Origin: Gemmatimonadota bacterium
GTDB taxonomy: Bacteria; Gemmatimonadota; Gemmatimonadetes; Palauibacterales; Palauibacteraceae
DNA: 64,000 nt
Assembly: GCA_039588275.1 (NCBI GenBank)
Contig: JBDHAC010000006.1
Location: 32,001 to 96,000, forward strand
Direction of reading: 5' to 3'
Shown here: positions 9,594 through 19,205 of the stretch, piece after piece
Position numbering within the stretch: the first letter of the stretch is position 1
Layout of the letters: every line of letters starts with the position of its first letter
Notes under the pieces: generated by a model
Told to the model about the DNA's origin: nothing
The model's input: the letters and a program-made list of their open reading frames with translations, nothing else
Databases searched by the model: none
Position numbers and translations under genes: made by a program

Positions 9594-9622
9594 ATGCTAC
9601 CGATGGGATTCGAATCCGTCAA
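9594..9622 (-). promoter_or_regulatory. sigma70 promoter of csp (TTGACG-17-TAGCAT)
   Basis: Minus-strand -35 at 9617-9622, -10 at 9594-9599, 17-bp spacer. Confidence 0.7.
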
Positions 9623-9667
9623 CACGGCTCGGAGCGCTCTCTTCGGACGCTCGCCGGCGTCCCGGAA

Positions 9668-12148
9668 TCAGGGGTCGGCGACCGCGTCCCAGGGTCCGTA
9701 CAGGCGGTCGTAGATCGCGATAAGCTCGGTGACCGCCCGCACGTATTCACGCGTCTCGCGGAACGGAATACGTTCGACGAACTGGTCCTCGCCCGCCGCC
9801 AATTCCGGAAACTCGCGCCACGAGAGCCAGCGGTGGGGACCCGCGTTGTACGAGATGAGCCCCGCCAACCGCGAGCCGCCGAAGCGACCCAGGACATCCG
9901 CCATGTACCTCGTCCCGAGCAGCAGGTTGACCTGTGGTACGGTGAGCTGCGAGCGCCGGTATTCCGGCAGCCCGGCGCGGCGTGCGACGTCCTGCGCGGT
10001 GCGGGGCAGGAGCTGCATCAGACCGACGGCGTTCGCCCCGGAGACGATCTCCGGATCGAAGAGCGACTCCCGTCGCGCGACGCCGGCGACCAGCTGGGGC
10101 GGGAGTCCGCGCGCGCGCGCGGCACTCACCAGCGCATCGCCGAACGGGAGCGGATACACGGCCTCGAGCAAAGGTACGCTCCAGCGCTCGCGTCTGGCCT
10201 TCACGCGCCACGCTAGGCGGACCCCTTCCTGGGTCCAGCCCGCCCGGTTCAGGGCTAGCGCGAAGGCGAGGAGTTGATCCAGGTCGGTCGGACCCTCTCC
10301 CCGGGCCGCGTCCAGCTCTCGCCGCGCACGTGCCCTCCAGCCCAGCTCGCGCAACAGGTCCATGCGCTCCAAAGCGTCCCGAAATCGCCGATCCAGCTCG
10401 GGCAGCGCTCCGACCGAATCGAGGCGGAGCGAGACCCACCGGTCACGCGCGACCCGCGCCTCGGCCAGGATCGCGTAGTAGTCCAGCGGATCGCGCGCGA
10501 TCGTCTCGAGGAACTGCGCGCGTGCCGTCGCCGTGTCTCCTTCGGCCTCGTACGCCCGCGCCGTCCAGTAGACGGCGCCCTGAGACCAGGAGCCCCGCGG
10601 GTAGCGGCGGCGGTACTCCTCCAGGCGGTCACGCGCTTCGGGGTACGCGCCCTCGAGGAAGTCCAGCATCGCCAGGCGCGAGAGGGAGCGGGCGCCGTAC
10701 GTAGTGCGGGGGAAGCGATCGACGGTGGAGGCGTACCGTTCGCGAGCCTGCTCGAGCCGTCCGGCGTCGTGGTCCCCGTCCGCGAGGAGATACGAGGCCA
10801 GTGCAGCCGAGACCCCCTCACCCGAGGCCGCCGTCTCGAACGCCTCCCGCGCGGCGCGCGTCTGACCCAGGGCGCTGAACGTGCGCGCCGCGAGCAACCA
10901 GATCGATGCCTGACGCGATGCGGGCAGCGCGTCCCCACCCAGCCACGGGCCGAGCTCGGCTATCGCCCGATCGAGATCGCCCGCGGCCCGGTGCGCCGCA
11001 GCGAGTCGCTCGGCGATGGCGGGAACTTCCGAGGCGGGTGCCTGCCGCAGCGCCTGCGCCAGGTACTGCCGGCCGCGTACGCTGCGACCAGAGCGGAGAT
11101 CTGACATCCCTACGGCGCGCGTGGTGCCCCATGACTCGTCCAATTCGAGCAAGGCGGGTCCGACCTCCGCACCCACCCGCCGCGATCGCAGCGCGGCACG
11201 GTATGCGTCCTCGGCGCCTTCGTCGTCGCCGATCCAGTGCAGGTAAGGCGCGATATGATCGCCGGCCAGGCGGTCGAACACCCCACCACCCGCCTCGCGC
11301 GCGAGCGCGACGCCCCGCTCGGGATCGCCGAGCTCGAACCAAAGCCGAGCGAGCGTGAGATCTATGGAGTCCGCGGGGACCAGCGGGTCCTCCCGCAGTT
11401 GCGTCGCGAGCTCCTTTACCGAAGCGCCATCCTCTGCCTCGGCGCGGCGGTACAGCGCCGAGAGCCGCAGCCACGGTCCGAGCGCGGGGTGCTCATCCGC
11501 GGCCTGCTCGAGCTGGGCGGCCGCCGCCGCGGGATGGCCGAGGCGCGTCAACGCGCCCGCGTACCGCACCCGGACTTCCACCGGCGGCGGCTGAGGCCGA
11601 AGATCGGCTTCCAGGTACGCCTGGTAGGCATCGCCTGCGGCGGAAAGGCTGTCGAGACCCAGATATGCTCGCGCCAGGAGGCGCTGCCCGGCACCCTCTT
11701 CGAACTCCTGGAGCCAAGGCTGCTCGACGAGCAGGCGTCGCACCGCGGGCCACGCTCGGTGATCCGCGTACGCGCGCGCCGCCAGGATGACGGCCTCGGG
11801 ACCCGCGAGGCGACCGCTGGACAGGTCGCGCGCGAGGGCGCGGCTCGCCGTCACGGGCATGTCGGCGCCGAGCAAGCGCTCCGCCTCCTCGAGCAGAGCC
11901 GCCGTTTCGGTCTCCGGATCAGGGCGGTCGGCCGGCTCCGCGGCTTCCCCGGGCCCAACCGCCGGTGGTGGAGCCGGCACGCTGTCCGGCGCCTGCATCG
12001 CGGTCACGCCGCCCGCGAGCGGGAAAGTAGCCGCGAGCGCCAGGGTGGGTGCCAGCGCCCACGGCAACCCCGCCGCGCGCACGGTCCATCCTGACGCACG
12101 AGCGGCCCGTCTTCGCTCGATGGCCGACGGGCCGCTCGGCTGGCTCAT
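9668..12148 (-). CDS. Soluble lytic murein transglycosylase with TPR region (Slt70-like)
   Basis: C-terminal SLT motifs RRESLF, GLMQL, SYNAG and ETREYV; TPR-like helices; start uncertain (ORF open to 12202). Confidence 0.88.
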   Translation of the reverse strand: MSQPSGPSAIERRRAARASGWTVRAAGLPWALAPTLALAATFPLAGGVTAMQAPDSVPAPPPAVGPGEAAEPADRPDPETETAALLEEAERLLGADMPVTASRALARDLSSGRLAGPEAVILAARAYADHRAWPAVRRLLVEQPWLQEFEEGAGQRLLARAYLGLDSLSAAGDAYQAYLEADLRPQPPPVEVRVRYAGALTRLGHPAAAAAQLEQAADEHPALGPWLRLSALYRRAEAEDGASVKELATQLREDPLVPADSIDLTLARLWFELGDPERGVALAREAGGGVFDRLAGDHIAPYLHWIGDDEGAEDAYRAALRSRRVGAEVGPALLELDESWGTTRAVGMSDLRSGRSVRGRQYLAQALRQAPASEVPAIAERLAAAHRAAGDLDRAIAELGPWLGGDALPASRQASIWLLAARTFSALGQTRAAREAFETAASGEGVSAALASYLLADGDHDAGRLEQARERYASTVDRFPRTTYGARSLSRLAMLDFLEGAYPEARDRLEEYRRRYPRGSWSQGAVYWTARAYEAEGDTATARAQFLETIARDPLDYYAILAEARVARDRWVSLRLDSVGALPELDRRFRDALERMDLLRELGWRARARRELDAARGEGPTDLDQLLAFALALNRAGWTQEGVRLAWRVKARRERWSVPLLEAVYPLPFGDALVSAARARGLPPQLVAGVARRESLFDPEIVSGANAVGLMQLLPRTAQDVARRAGLPEYRRSQLTVPQVNLLLGTRYMADVLGRFGGSRLAGLISYNAGPHRWLSWREFPELAAGEDQFVERIPFRETREYVRAVTELIAIYDRLYGPWDAVADP

Positions 12149-12235
12149 GCTCCGGTTTGTATCCCGTCCCCTCCGCACCACACCCCCGTGTCCCCGATCC
12201 ACCTCCCGTGGATCGCTCGAAGAGCCCGCGAGCCG

Positions 12236-15196
12236 CTAGAACGGGCTGAAGTCGTACCGGATCCGCGCCATCCCGAAGCGCCCGAGCACTGGCGCCCCCA
12301 CGAACGTCTGATAATGGTTGTCGAACACGTTCTGGACGTCCAACTGCAGCCACACGCCCTCCAGGCCGGGGAGCTTGTAGCCGAGACCCACGTCCACGAC
12401 CGCGAACGCATCCACGTGCCCGATATACACGGCCGAATTCGCCTCGAACCCGTTCTGGTACCGGAAGCGAACCTGGCTGTTGAAGCCTCCCTCGCTCCGG
12501 TATGAGAGGGCCGCGGTGCTCTTCACGGTCGGCGCGTTCAGCGGCACCAGCTCCTCCACGCCCCTCGCGCTCGTCTCGAACTCATCCTTGTCCACGATCG
12601 ACAGGGTCGTGGCGAGCTCCCACTCATCGCTGAGCAGGAAGTTTGCCACCACCTCGGCACCGAAGACATCCAGGCTACCCAGGTTCTCGTACACGAAGGC
12701 GAGCGTGGCATCCGTTCCTCCGACGCTCTGCGGCGTCACCACGCCGAGCGGGACCCTGCCGATAGTCGAAGCCAGACTAGCGGCCGTTGCCTGCGCCGTC
12801 GCCGCGTCGGGGAACGCGATGCCGACCAGCGGGAGGAACTGTGTGGTCAGATAGACGCCGATGTCCTGTCCGTTCAGGAACACGTTCGGCGAGGCGATCC
12901 GGAGCGCGGAGGTGAAGTCCGTGATGTGACTCCACCAGCCGTTGATCCCCAGCAGTACCCGGCCACCCAGGAGCCCTTTGTATCCGACCTCGAACGTATT
13001 GGTGATCGTCGGCTTGAGCCGATCGAAGTCCTGGATACCGGCCAGGCCTCCGGGCGTGACGCAGAAGGGCGGCGCCGGGCAATCTCCGGTCGCCGGGGCG
13101 CCGAGCTGGAGGCTCGGATCGAGCGTGAGCGCCACGATCCCGATATCGCTCTCGCCCGGCGGGGCGATCAGCCCGAGAAGCGCCCCCGCCTGCGCGTCCT
13201 GCGCCGCGACGAGCGCCACTGCCTCCTGCCACAGCTGCGCCGTCGTCGTGGGAAGGAACTGCCGTGGGCTGCCTCCCAGCAGGACGTTGAACGGCGACAT
13301 GTGCATCGGGATCCCGTTCGCATCCCGCATGAACTGGTGGCCCACCTCCGTGCTACCGGTCGCCCGGATGTCATACCGGAAGGGACCGCCGAGCGGCAGT
13401 CGCTCCCCGGAGATGTCCAGGAACAGATTCAGCGTCGTCGGGGTCGAGAAGGCCCGGTTGAACGTGGCGCGGATGCTGCTTCCCGGATCCGGCTTGTAGA
13501 CCAACGCGGCGCGTGGCGAGAACACCGGATCTTCCAACCGCGAGTGGTCATCCAGCCGCGCCGCGGCCACGAAGTCCAGCTTCGGGTCGAGGGCCCACTC
13601 CCACTGCAGGTAGCCGCCGATCTCGGTGACGTTGTCGTCATCGTCGTTCTTGCCGTTGATCGTGCCCTCGGTGTCGGGCGTGGTTCGAATCAGATCGGCG
13701 CCGTAGATGAAGCGGTGTGTCTCGCCGAGCCGCGCGGCGTGCTGGAGCTGGCCCACGAAGATCTGCGATTTGTCGATCAGCGGGCGACCCGAACGGAGCA
13801 GATACGTCTTGTCGTTGTCGCTCTTGTTCCAGAAGAACTGCGCGAACAGGTCCCGGTGGTTGATCCGCGCCTGTGCGTAGTTGTACGCCCAGTCAATGAC
13901 CTGTGCGGCACCCAGACCGGTCAGATCGACGCTGCTTATCGCGGTCGTCCGTCCGCCGGACAGGATCACGCTGGTCTCCGGAGTGGGTCGCCAGTCGATG
14001 CGGCCGTCCAGCGTCCAGCGCTCGAGGTTGTTGTCGCGGCCCTGGCATGAGGTCCCGCCGGAGTTGGGGCGGCATACGTTGTTGACGCTGGTCTGAAGGA
14101 GTGCCTGGTCCGCGGGATCCGTGAGGTCGAGACCCTCGGAGAACGCCAGGCAGTCCGGGTTGTTGAGATTGAACCCGCTCTGGATGCACGAGAGCGCATC
14201 TTCCCTCTCCCCGGCTTCCTCGGTGTCGATGAACGTGTACTCCGTGCCCTTGAAGTACTGGCCCGACACCTTCATACCGAATTGCTCGGAGGGGGCGATG
14301 GCGATGCGGCCCTCGCCGTGAAACAGGCCCTCATCGCTACCGCTGAACGGAAGCCCCCCGGCAACCTGAGACGGGTCGTCCTCGCTCGATTGCTGCCGCA
14401 GGCCGCCGGCCACGGAGAAGCTCACCCCCGGATGGTCGATCGGCGAGCGGGTGAGCGAGTGGATCACGCCGTTGGCCGCGTTCGGCCCGTAGAGCGCCGA
14501 GCCCGGCCCGAGCACCACTTCGACCTTGTCCAGGTCCAGGTTGGTGGTCGGGGTCAGGTGCGAGATGTTGGCGCGCAGCGAAGGTACCCGGCTGATCCGG
14601 TTGTCGGTCAGCGTGAGCGACGCGCCCGAGAAGATGTTGTTGAACCCGCGCACCACCACGTAGCTGGTCTGCACCCCGGTCTGGATGACGTCCACGCCAG
14701 CTTTGCTCTTTACGTGATCGATCGTGGTGACCGATGGCCGTTCCTGAATGTCGAGCGAGCTCACGACCTCCACCGCCGCGGGCGCATCGAGCACCTTTTC
14801 CTCGGTCCTCGATGCCGTCACCGTGATCGGGTTCAGGCTGTAGCTCCCCTCGGTCATGGTGGCCGAGACGCTCGTGAGCTGCCCCGCGGTCACGGTCTGT
14901 CCGGTCAGCGTGGCCGTGTTCCAGCCCGGTGACGTGAAGCGGATCGTGTAGGTTCCGGCCGGGACGCCATTGATGCGGAACGCACCGCCCGGCCCTGATG
15001 TGCCGTTCGCCACGACGGCTCCCGACGCATCCATGACCTCCACCAGGACCGCGGCCAGCCCGGCGGCGGTCGCGTCGTCGCGCACCGTGCCGGCGACGCC
15101 ACCGACCTGTCCCAAGGCCGTTTTGGGGAACAGGAGAAGCAAGAGGAGCGGGAGAGCCGCAAGCGAGAGCCGAACCGAACGCGAGCAGGTATTCAT
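12236..15196 (-). CDS. TonB-dependent receptor with carboxypeptidase-regulatory-like N-domain
   Basis: Signal peptide, ITVTASR TonB box, VEVVLGPGSALYG plug motif, NVFDNHY, terminal Phe; GGAGG SD before ATG 15196. Confidence 0.93.
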   Translation of the reverse strand: MNTCSRSVRLSLAALPLLLLLLFPKTALGQVGGVAGTVRDDATAAGLAAVLVEVMDASGAVVANGTSGPGGAFRINGVPAGTYTIRFTSPGWNTATLTGQTVTAGQLTSVSATMTEGSYSLNPITVTASRTEEKVLDAPAAVEVVSSLDIQERPSVTTIDHVKSKAGVDVIQTGVQTSYVVVRGFNNIFSGASLTLTDNRISRVPSLRANISHLTPTTNLDLDKVEVVLGPGSALYGPNAANGVIHSLTRSPIDHPGVSFSVAGGLRQQSSEDDPSQVAGGLPFSGSDEGLFHGEGRIAIAPSEQFGMKVSGQYFKGTEYTFIDTEEAGEREDALSCIQSGFNLNNPDCLAFSEGLDLTDPADQALLQTSVNNVCRPNSGGTSCQGRDNNLERWTLDGRIDWRPTPETSVILSGGRTTAISSVDLTGLGAAQVIDWAYNYAQARINHRDLFAQFFWNKSDNDKTYLLRSGRPLIDKSQIFVGQLQHAARLGETHRFIYGADLIRTTPDTEGTINGKNDDDDNVTEIGGYLQWEWALDPKLDFVAAARLDDHSRLEDPVFSPRAALVYKPDPGSSIRATFNRAFSTPTTLNLFLDISGERLPLGGPFRYDIRATGSTEVGHQFMRDANGIPMHMSPFNVLLGGSPRQFLPTTTAQLWQEAVALVAAQDAQAGALLGLIAPPGESDIGIVALTLDPSLQLGAPATGDCPAPPFCVTPGGLAGIQDFDRLKPTITNTFEVGYKGLLGGRVLLGINGWWSHITDFTSALRIASPNVFLNGQDIGVYLTTQFLPLVGIAFPDAATAQATAASLASTIGRVPLGVVTPQSVGGTDATLAFVYENLGSLDVFGAEVVANFLLSDEWELATTLSIVDKDEFETSARGVEELVPLNAPTVKSTAALSYRSEGGFNSQVRFRYQNGFEANSAVYIGHVDAFAVVDVGLGYKLPGLEGVWLQLDVQNVFDNHYQTFVGAPVLGRFGMARIRYDFSPF

Positions 15197-15309
15197 ACCG
15201 CCTCCGGGGTTCCAGGCGCACACCGCCATCGGTGGAAAAAGGGACAGAAGCGTCAGAAAACTCGAAATTGGGTATGAGGGGCGCAAGTGCGGGGCTCGGA
15301 TCACGATGC

Positions 15310-15338
15310 AAAAAGGCCCGGGCGGGCGGCCCGGGCCT
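15310..15338 (-). terminator. Terminator after exbB-like gene
   Basis: AGGCCCGGG/CCCGGGCCT stem followed by a T-run on the minus strand. Confidence 0.7.
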
Positions 15339-15389
15339 CTCGTCGATCTGGGCGATCCGGGTCCTCTGAAGACCCGTTCCAGCCGTGCC

Positions 15390-16094
15390 TCAGCGGGCGG
15401 CGGCGCGTGCCTCGCGCTCGTGCAGAGCGTCGATCATCCGCTGCGCGCTCTCCTCCATGTCGATCACCAGGCGGTCGATCCGCGTGACGAAGTAGTTGTG
15501 CATGATGTTGATCGGGATCGCGATCGTCAGACCGGTGGCGGTCGTGATGAGGGCGACCTTGATCCCTCCGGCCACCAGCGTCGCCTCGACCTCACCCGCA
15601 ATCTCGATCGCCTGGAAGGCCATGATCATCCCGATCACGGTTCCGAGGAAGCCCAACAGCGGCGCCACGTTCGCGAGCGTGGCGAGCCACACGAGGCCCC
15701 TCTCGAGACCGGCCACCTGGATCGCGCCGGCGTTCTCGATCGCCTGCATGACGCGCTCCGTGCCTTCCTCGTGACGGCGCAAGCCTGCCTTGAGGATCTC
15801 GGCGGCGGGCGATTTCGAATCCTCGCACCTGGCGAGCGCCTCATCGAGCCGCCCCTGCGCGATCATCCCGTCCACGTCGCCCAGCAGCGTTCGCGTCCGG
15901 GCTGCCTTGGCCTGCAGATCGAAGAACTTCCAGATGATGATTAGGATGCCGATCGCCAGAGCAGCGCCGAGCGGCCACATCATGAATCCACCCGAGGCCC
16001 AGATGTCTCCCAGGTTGAGGGACTGACCCTCGCCGAGTCGCGGCGATGTCTCCTGAATCGCCCAGAGTGTCGCAGCGAACAATGGTCTCTCCAA
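15390..16094 (-). CDS. MotA/TolQ/ExbB proton channel family protein
   Basis: APLLGFLGTVIGMI and GIKVALITTATGL motifs. Confidence 0.94.
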   Translation of the reverse strand: MERPLFAATLWAIQETSPRLGEGQSLNLGDIWASGGFMMWPLGAALAIGILIIIWKFFDLQAKAARTRTLLGDVDGMIAQGRLDEALARCEDSKSPAAEILKAGLRRHEEGTERVMQAIENAGAIQVAGLERGLVWLATLANVAPLLGFLGTVIGMIMAFQAIEIAGEVEATLVAGGIKVALITTATGLTIAIPINIMHNYFVTRIDRLVIDMEESAQRMIDALHEREARAAAR

Positions 16095-16151
16095 CGGTAA
16101 AGTTAATTCATCGCCGGAAGCTGCCGGCGGCGCCTGAAGGCAGGCCGGACC

Positions 16152-16180
16152 AAGCTAGGCGGGGGCTCAGGGCGCGTCAA
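16152..16180 (-). promoter_or_regulatory. Putative sigma70 promoter (TTGACG-17-TAGCTT)
   Basis: -35 at 16175-16180 and -10 at 16152-16157, upstream of the exbB-like gene. Confidence 0.55.
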
Positions 16181-16209
16181 GTCGGGCTTTTCGCCCTCCG
16201 TGGGGTGGC

Positions 16210-17067
16210 TTATTCGGCTATGCGCGGCAACCTCGGCACGGCCTCGAGCAGGCTCCGCGTGTAGGTCTCGCGCGGTCGCTCGAACAGCTCCGTGGTCGTG
16301 CCGCGCTCGACGATTTTCCCCTCCTGCATGACCAGGACCCGGTCGCAGATCTGACGGACCACGGCCAAGTCGTGCGAGATGAGCAGATAGGTGAGTCCGA
16401 GCGCGCGGCGGAGCTCGGCCATGAGCTCGAGCACCTTCGCCTGAACGGAGACGTCGAGGGCCGAAACCGGCTCGTCAGCGATGATCACCCGCGGCCCGAG
16501 GCACAGGGCGCGTGCGATCCCGATGCGCTGCCGTTGTCCCCCCGAGAACTCGTGCGGATACCGGCGCTCGGAGCCGGCGTCGATTCCCACCTGCTCGAGG
16601 AGCTCCGCCACACGCCGCTCGGCCTCCTCGCCGCGCCCCAGATCGTGGACGGCGAGTATCTCGCGCAGGGCGCCGCCGACGGTGATGCGCGGGTTCAACG
16701 ACGCGAACGGATCCTGGAACACGACCTGCACCGAGCGGCGGAAGCGCAGACGGTCCTCGGGTGATTGCGTCGAGAGTCCTCGACCCTCGAACAGGACCTC
16801 GCCCTCGTCCGGTTCTTCGAGACCCAGGAGAAGCCTTCCGAGCGTGCTCTTCCCGCTTCCCGACTCACCCACCAAACCCACCGCCTCGCCCGGTCGCAGC
16901 ACGAGCGACGCCTGTTGCACGGCCACCAGATCCGGCGCGGGCCGACCCATCGACCGACGGACGCCGTACCGCCGGCTGACCTGGCGCGCCTCCAGGATCG
17001 GCGCGCCATCTCCCGAAACCGGGGCCGACGTCATAGCGCTCGATTCCTCACTGTTATCGGGCGTCAT
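16210..17067 (-). CDS. Peptide/nickel ABC transporter ATP-binding protein (OppF/DppF-like)
   Basis: GESGSGKS, FSGGQRQR and DEPVSALD. Confidence 0.93.
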   Translation of the reverse strand: MTPDNSEESSAMTSAPVSGDGAPILEARQVSRRYGVRRSMGRPAPDLVAVQQASLVLRPGEAVGLVGESGSGKSTLGRLLLGLEEPDEGEVLFEGRGLSTQSPEDRLRFRRSVQVVFQDPFASLNPRITVGGALREILAVHDLGRGEEAERRVAELLEQVGIDAGSERRYPHEFSGGQRQRIGIARALCLGPRVIIADEPVSALDVSVQAKVLELMAELRRALGLTYLLISHDLAVVRQICDRVLVMQEGKIVERGTTTELFERPRETYTRSLLEAVPRLPRIAE

Positions 17068-17070
17068 CTC

Positions 17071-18090
17071 TCACCCCTGCTGAGGAGCGGGCGCGAAGCC
17101 CACCCCTGCCCGACGGCCCGGCTCGGCCTGGAGCCAGCAGCGCGCCCGAGCGCCTCCAGCATCCAGCAGAGCGGGCTCCTCCGCCTCACACCGCTCCCAT
17201 GCGTACGGACAGCGCGGGTGGAATCGGCACGCCGCCGGCCACCGCGTCGCGCTCGGGACACGGCCGGGTATCACGACCAGTCTTTCGGACGGGGCGTCGA
17301 TCGAAGGCACGGCTCGAAGGAGACCCTCGGTATAGGGGTGAGCGGGGTTGCGGAACAGCTCCGCGGTGGACGCCTCCTCCACGATCTGCCCGGCATACAT
17401 GACGCCCACGCGGTCCGCCACCTGCGAGACGACGGCCAGGTCATGCGAGATCAGCAGGAGGGCCATCCCGGTCTCGCGCCGCAGGGAATCGAGCAACTCG
17501 AGGATCTGGGCCTGGATCGTGACATCCAGCGCCGTGGTCGGCTCGTCCGCGATGAGGAGTGAGGGTCCGCAGGCGATCGCCATCGCGATCATGATCCGCT
17601 GACGCATCCCACCGGAAAGCTCGTGTGGATAAGCGCGCCGGGCGCGCTCGGGGTCGGGCAGGCCCACCCGCTCGAGCTGCTGCAGGACCTCGGCGCGCAG
17701 GTTGGCGCGCCCCGTCTGTCGGTGGGCGCGCACCGCCTCGGCGATCTGGTTTCCGACGCGATACACCGGGTTCAGCGAAGTCATCGGCTCCTGGAAGATC
17801 ATCGCGATCTCGGCGCCGCGTACCTGTCGCAGCCTCGCGCCCGGCGCTCCGACCAGCTCCTCTCCCCGGAGCCGAATGCTCGAGCCGGGAAGCGTGCGGG
17901 AAGGCGGGGAGGGAACGAGACCGAGGATCGACAGGGCCGTGATCGACTTGCCGCACCCCGACTCGCCCACGAGCCCCAGCGTCTCGCCCGGCTGGATGTC
18001 GAGCGAGACTCCGTCCACCGCGCGCGACTCGCCCGCATCGGTGTCGAAGTACACCCGCAGATCGTCGACCCGAAGCAGGGCGTCGCTCAC
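17071..18090 (-). CDS. Peptide ABC transporter ATP-binding protein (OppD/DppD-like)
   Basis: GESGCGKS, LSGGMRQR, DEPTTALD, HPYT and CRFHPRC; GTG start at 18090 coupled to the stop of the upstream permease. Confidence 0.93.
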   Translation of the reverse strand: MSDALLRVDDLRVYFDTDAGESRAVDGVSLDIQPGETLGLVGESGCGKSITALSILGLVPSPPSRTLPGSSIRLRGEELVGAPGARLRQVRGAEIAMIFQEPMTSLNPVYRVGNQIAEAVRAHRQTGRANLRAEVLQQLERVGLPDPERARRAYPHELSGGMRQRIMIAMAIACGPSLLIADEPTTALDVTIQAQILELLDSLRRETGMALLLISHDLAVVSQVADRVGVMYAGQIVEEASTAELFRNPAHPYTEGLLRAVPSIDAPSERLVVIPGRVPSATRWPAACRFHPRCPYAWERCEAEEPALLDAGGARARCWLQAEPGRRAGVGFAPAPQQG

Positions 18091-19205
18091 GAATCCGTCC
18101 CCACGATCGTTCTCGGGTCGAGCGCGTCCCGGAGGCCGTCCCCGATCAGGTTGAAGCTCATCACCGTGAGCACGATCGCGAGGCCGGGGAAGAGGGTGAT
18201 CCACCACGCGTCCAGCATGACGTCCCGGCCCGCCGCCACCATGCCTCCCCAGCTCGGTGCGGGCGGCGGCACGCCCAGCCCCAGGAAGCTGAGCGCGGCT
18301 TCGGCCAGAATCGTGTTCCCGATGCCCAGCGTGGCCGCCACGATGATCGGGCTTACTACGTTGGGCATGATGTGGCGGAACAGGATGCGCGACCGCCCGA
18401 AGCCCAGTGCCCGTGCCGCCACGACGTACTCACGCTCGCGCACCGAGAGCACTTCCCCACGCACGACGCGCGAGGTACCCATCCACCCCGTCAGACCGAG
18501 AACGATCGTGATGATCAGGATGGATGGCTCGATGAGCGCCACGACGGTGATCAACAGGACGAGCCGGGGGAAGCTCAACAACATGTCCACGACCCGCATC
18601 GACGCGGCATCCACCCACCCGCGAGCGTATCCCGCCACGGAGCCGACCACGGAGCCGAGCGTGATCGCGATCGCCACCGCCAGGAACCCGATCAGCAGGC
18701 TGATACGGCCGCCGTACAGCACCCGGCTGAATACGTCGCGGCCAAAGCGGTCCGTGCCCATGGGGTGCGTCAGCGTGGGTCCCTGGAAGCGGGTGGCGAC
18801 GATGTCCGTACCTTGCTGCGCCGGATCGAACGGCGCGAGGTACGGCGTGAGCAGCGCCATGGCCGCGAGCAGGGCGACGAGAGCCAATCCCAAGAGCGCC
18901 GGCCGGTGTCGGCGGAAGGCTCGCCACGCGACCGACCATTGTGACTCGCGGGCGTCTCCAGCCGGGCCGTCGCCGCCCTGACCGAGCCGCCAGGCGGCCA
19001 CCAGTCCTCCCGCGAGCGTCAGGAGCGCGAGCCACTCGTCGACCGCCCCACCCCGCAGGGTGGCGACGATGCGATCGAGACGGATGGCAGCCAGGGCCAG
19101 CAGTCCCACCCAAGCCGCGAGTGCAAGCATACCGCGGACCCGGCCTCGCGCCGCCAGCCGGGCGCCGGGCAGGAACAGATCGGGTGCCGACCCGCCCCTA
19201 TTCAT
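18087..19205 (-). CDS. Peptide ABC transporter permease (OppC/DppC-like)
   Basis: HPMGTDRFGRD, EYVVAARALG and EAALSFLGLG. Confidence 0.93.
   Translation of the reverse strand: MNRGGSAPDLFLPGARLAARGRVRGMLALAAWVGLLALAAIRLDRIVATLRGGAVDEWLALLTLAGGLVAAWRLGQGGDGPAGDARESQWSVAWRAFRRHRPALLGLALVALLAAMALLTPYLAPFDPAQQGTDIVATRFQGPTLTHPMGTDRFGRDVFSRVLYGGRISLLIGFLAVAIAITLGSVVGSVAGYARGWVDAASMRVVDMLLSFPRLVLLITVVALIEPSILIITIVLGLTGWMGTSRVVRGEVLSVREREYVVAARALGFGRSRILFRHIMPNVVSPIIVAATLGIGNTILAEAALSFLGLGVPPPAPSWGGMVAAGRDVMLDAWWITLFPGLAIVLTVMSFNLIGDGLRDALDPRTIVGTDS

Noticed and set aside
9590..9630. tRNA T-arm-like TTCGAATCC
   Set aside because: No cloverleaf; the sequence is explained by the promoter spacer palindrome.
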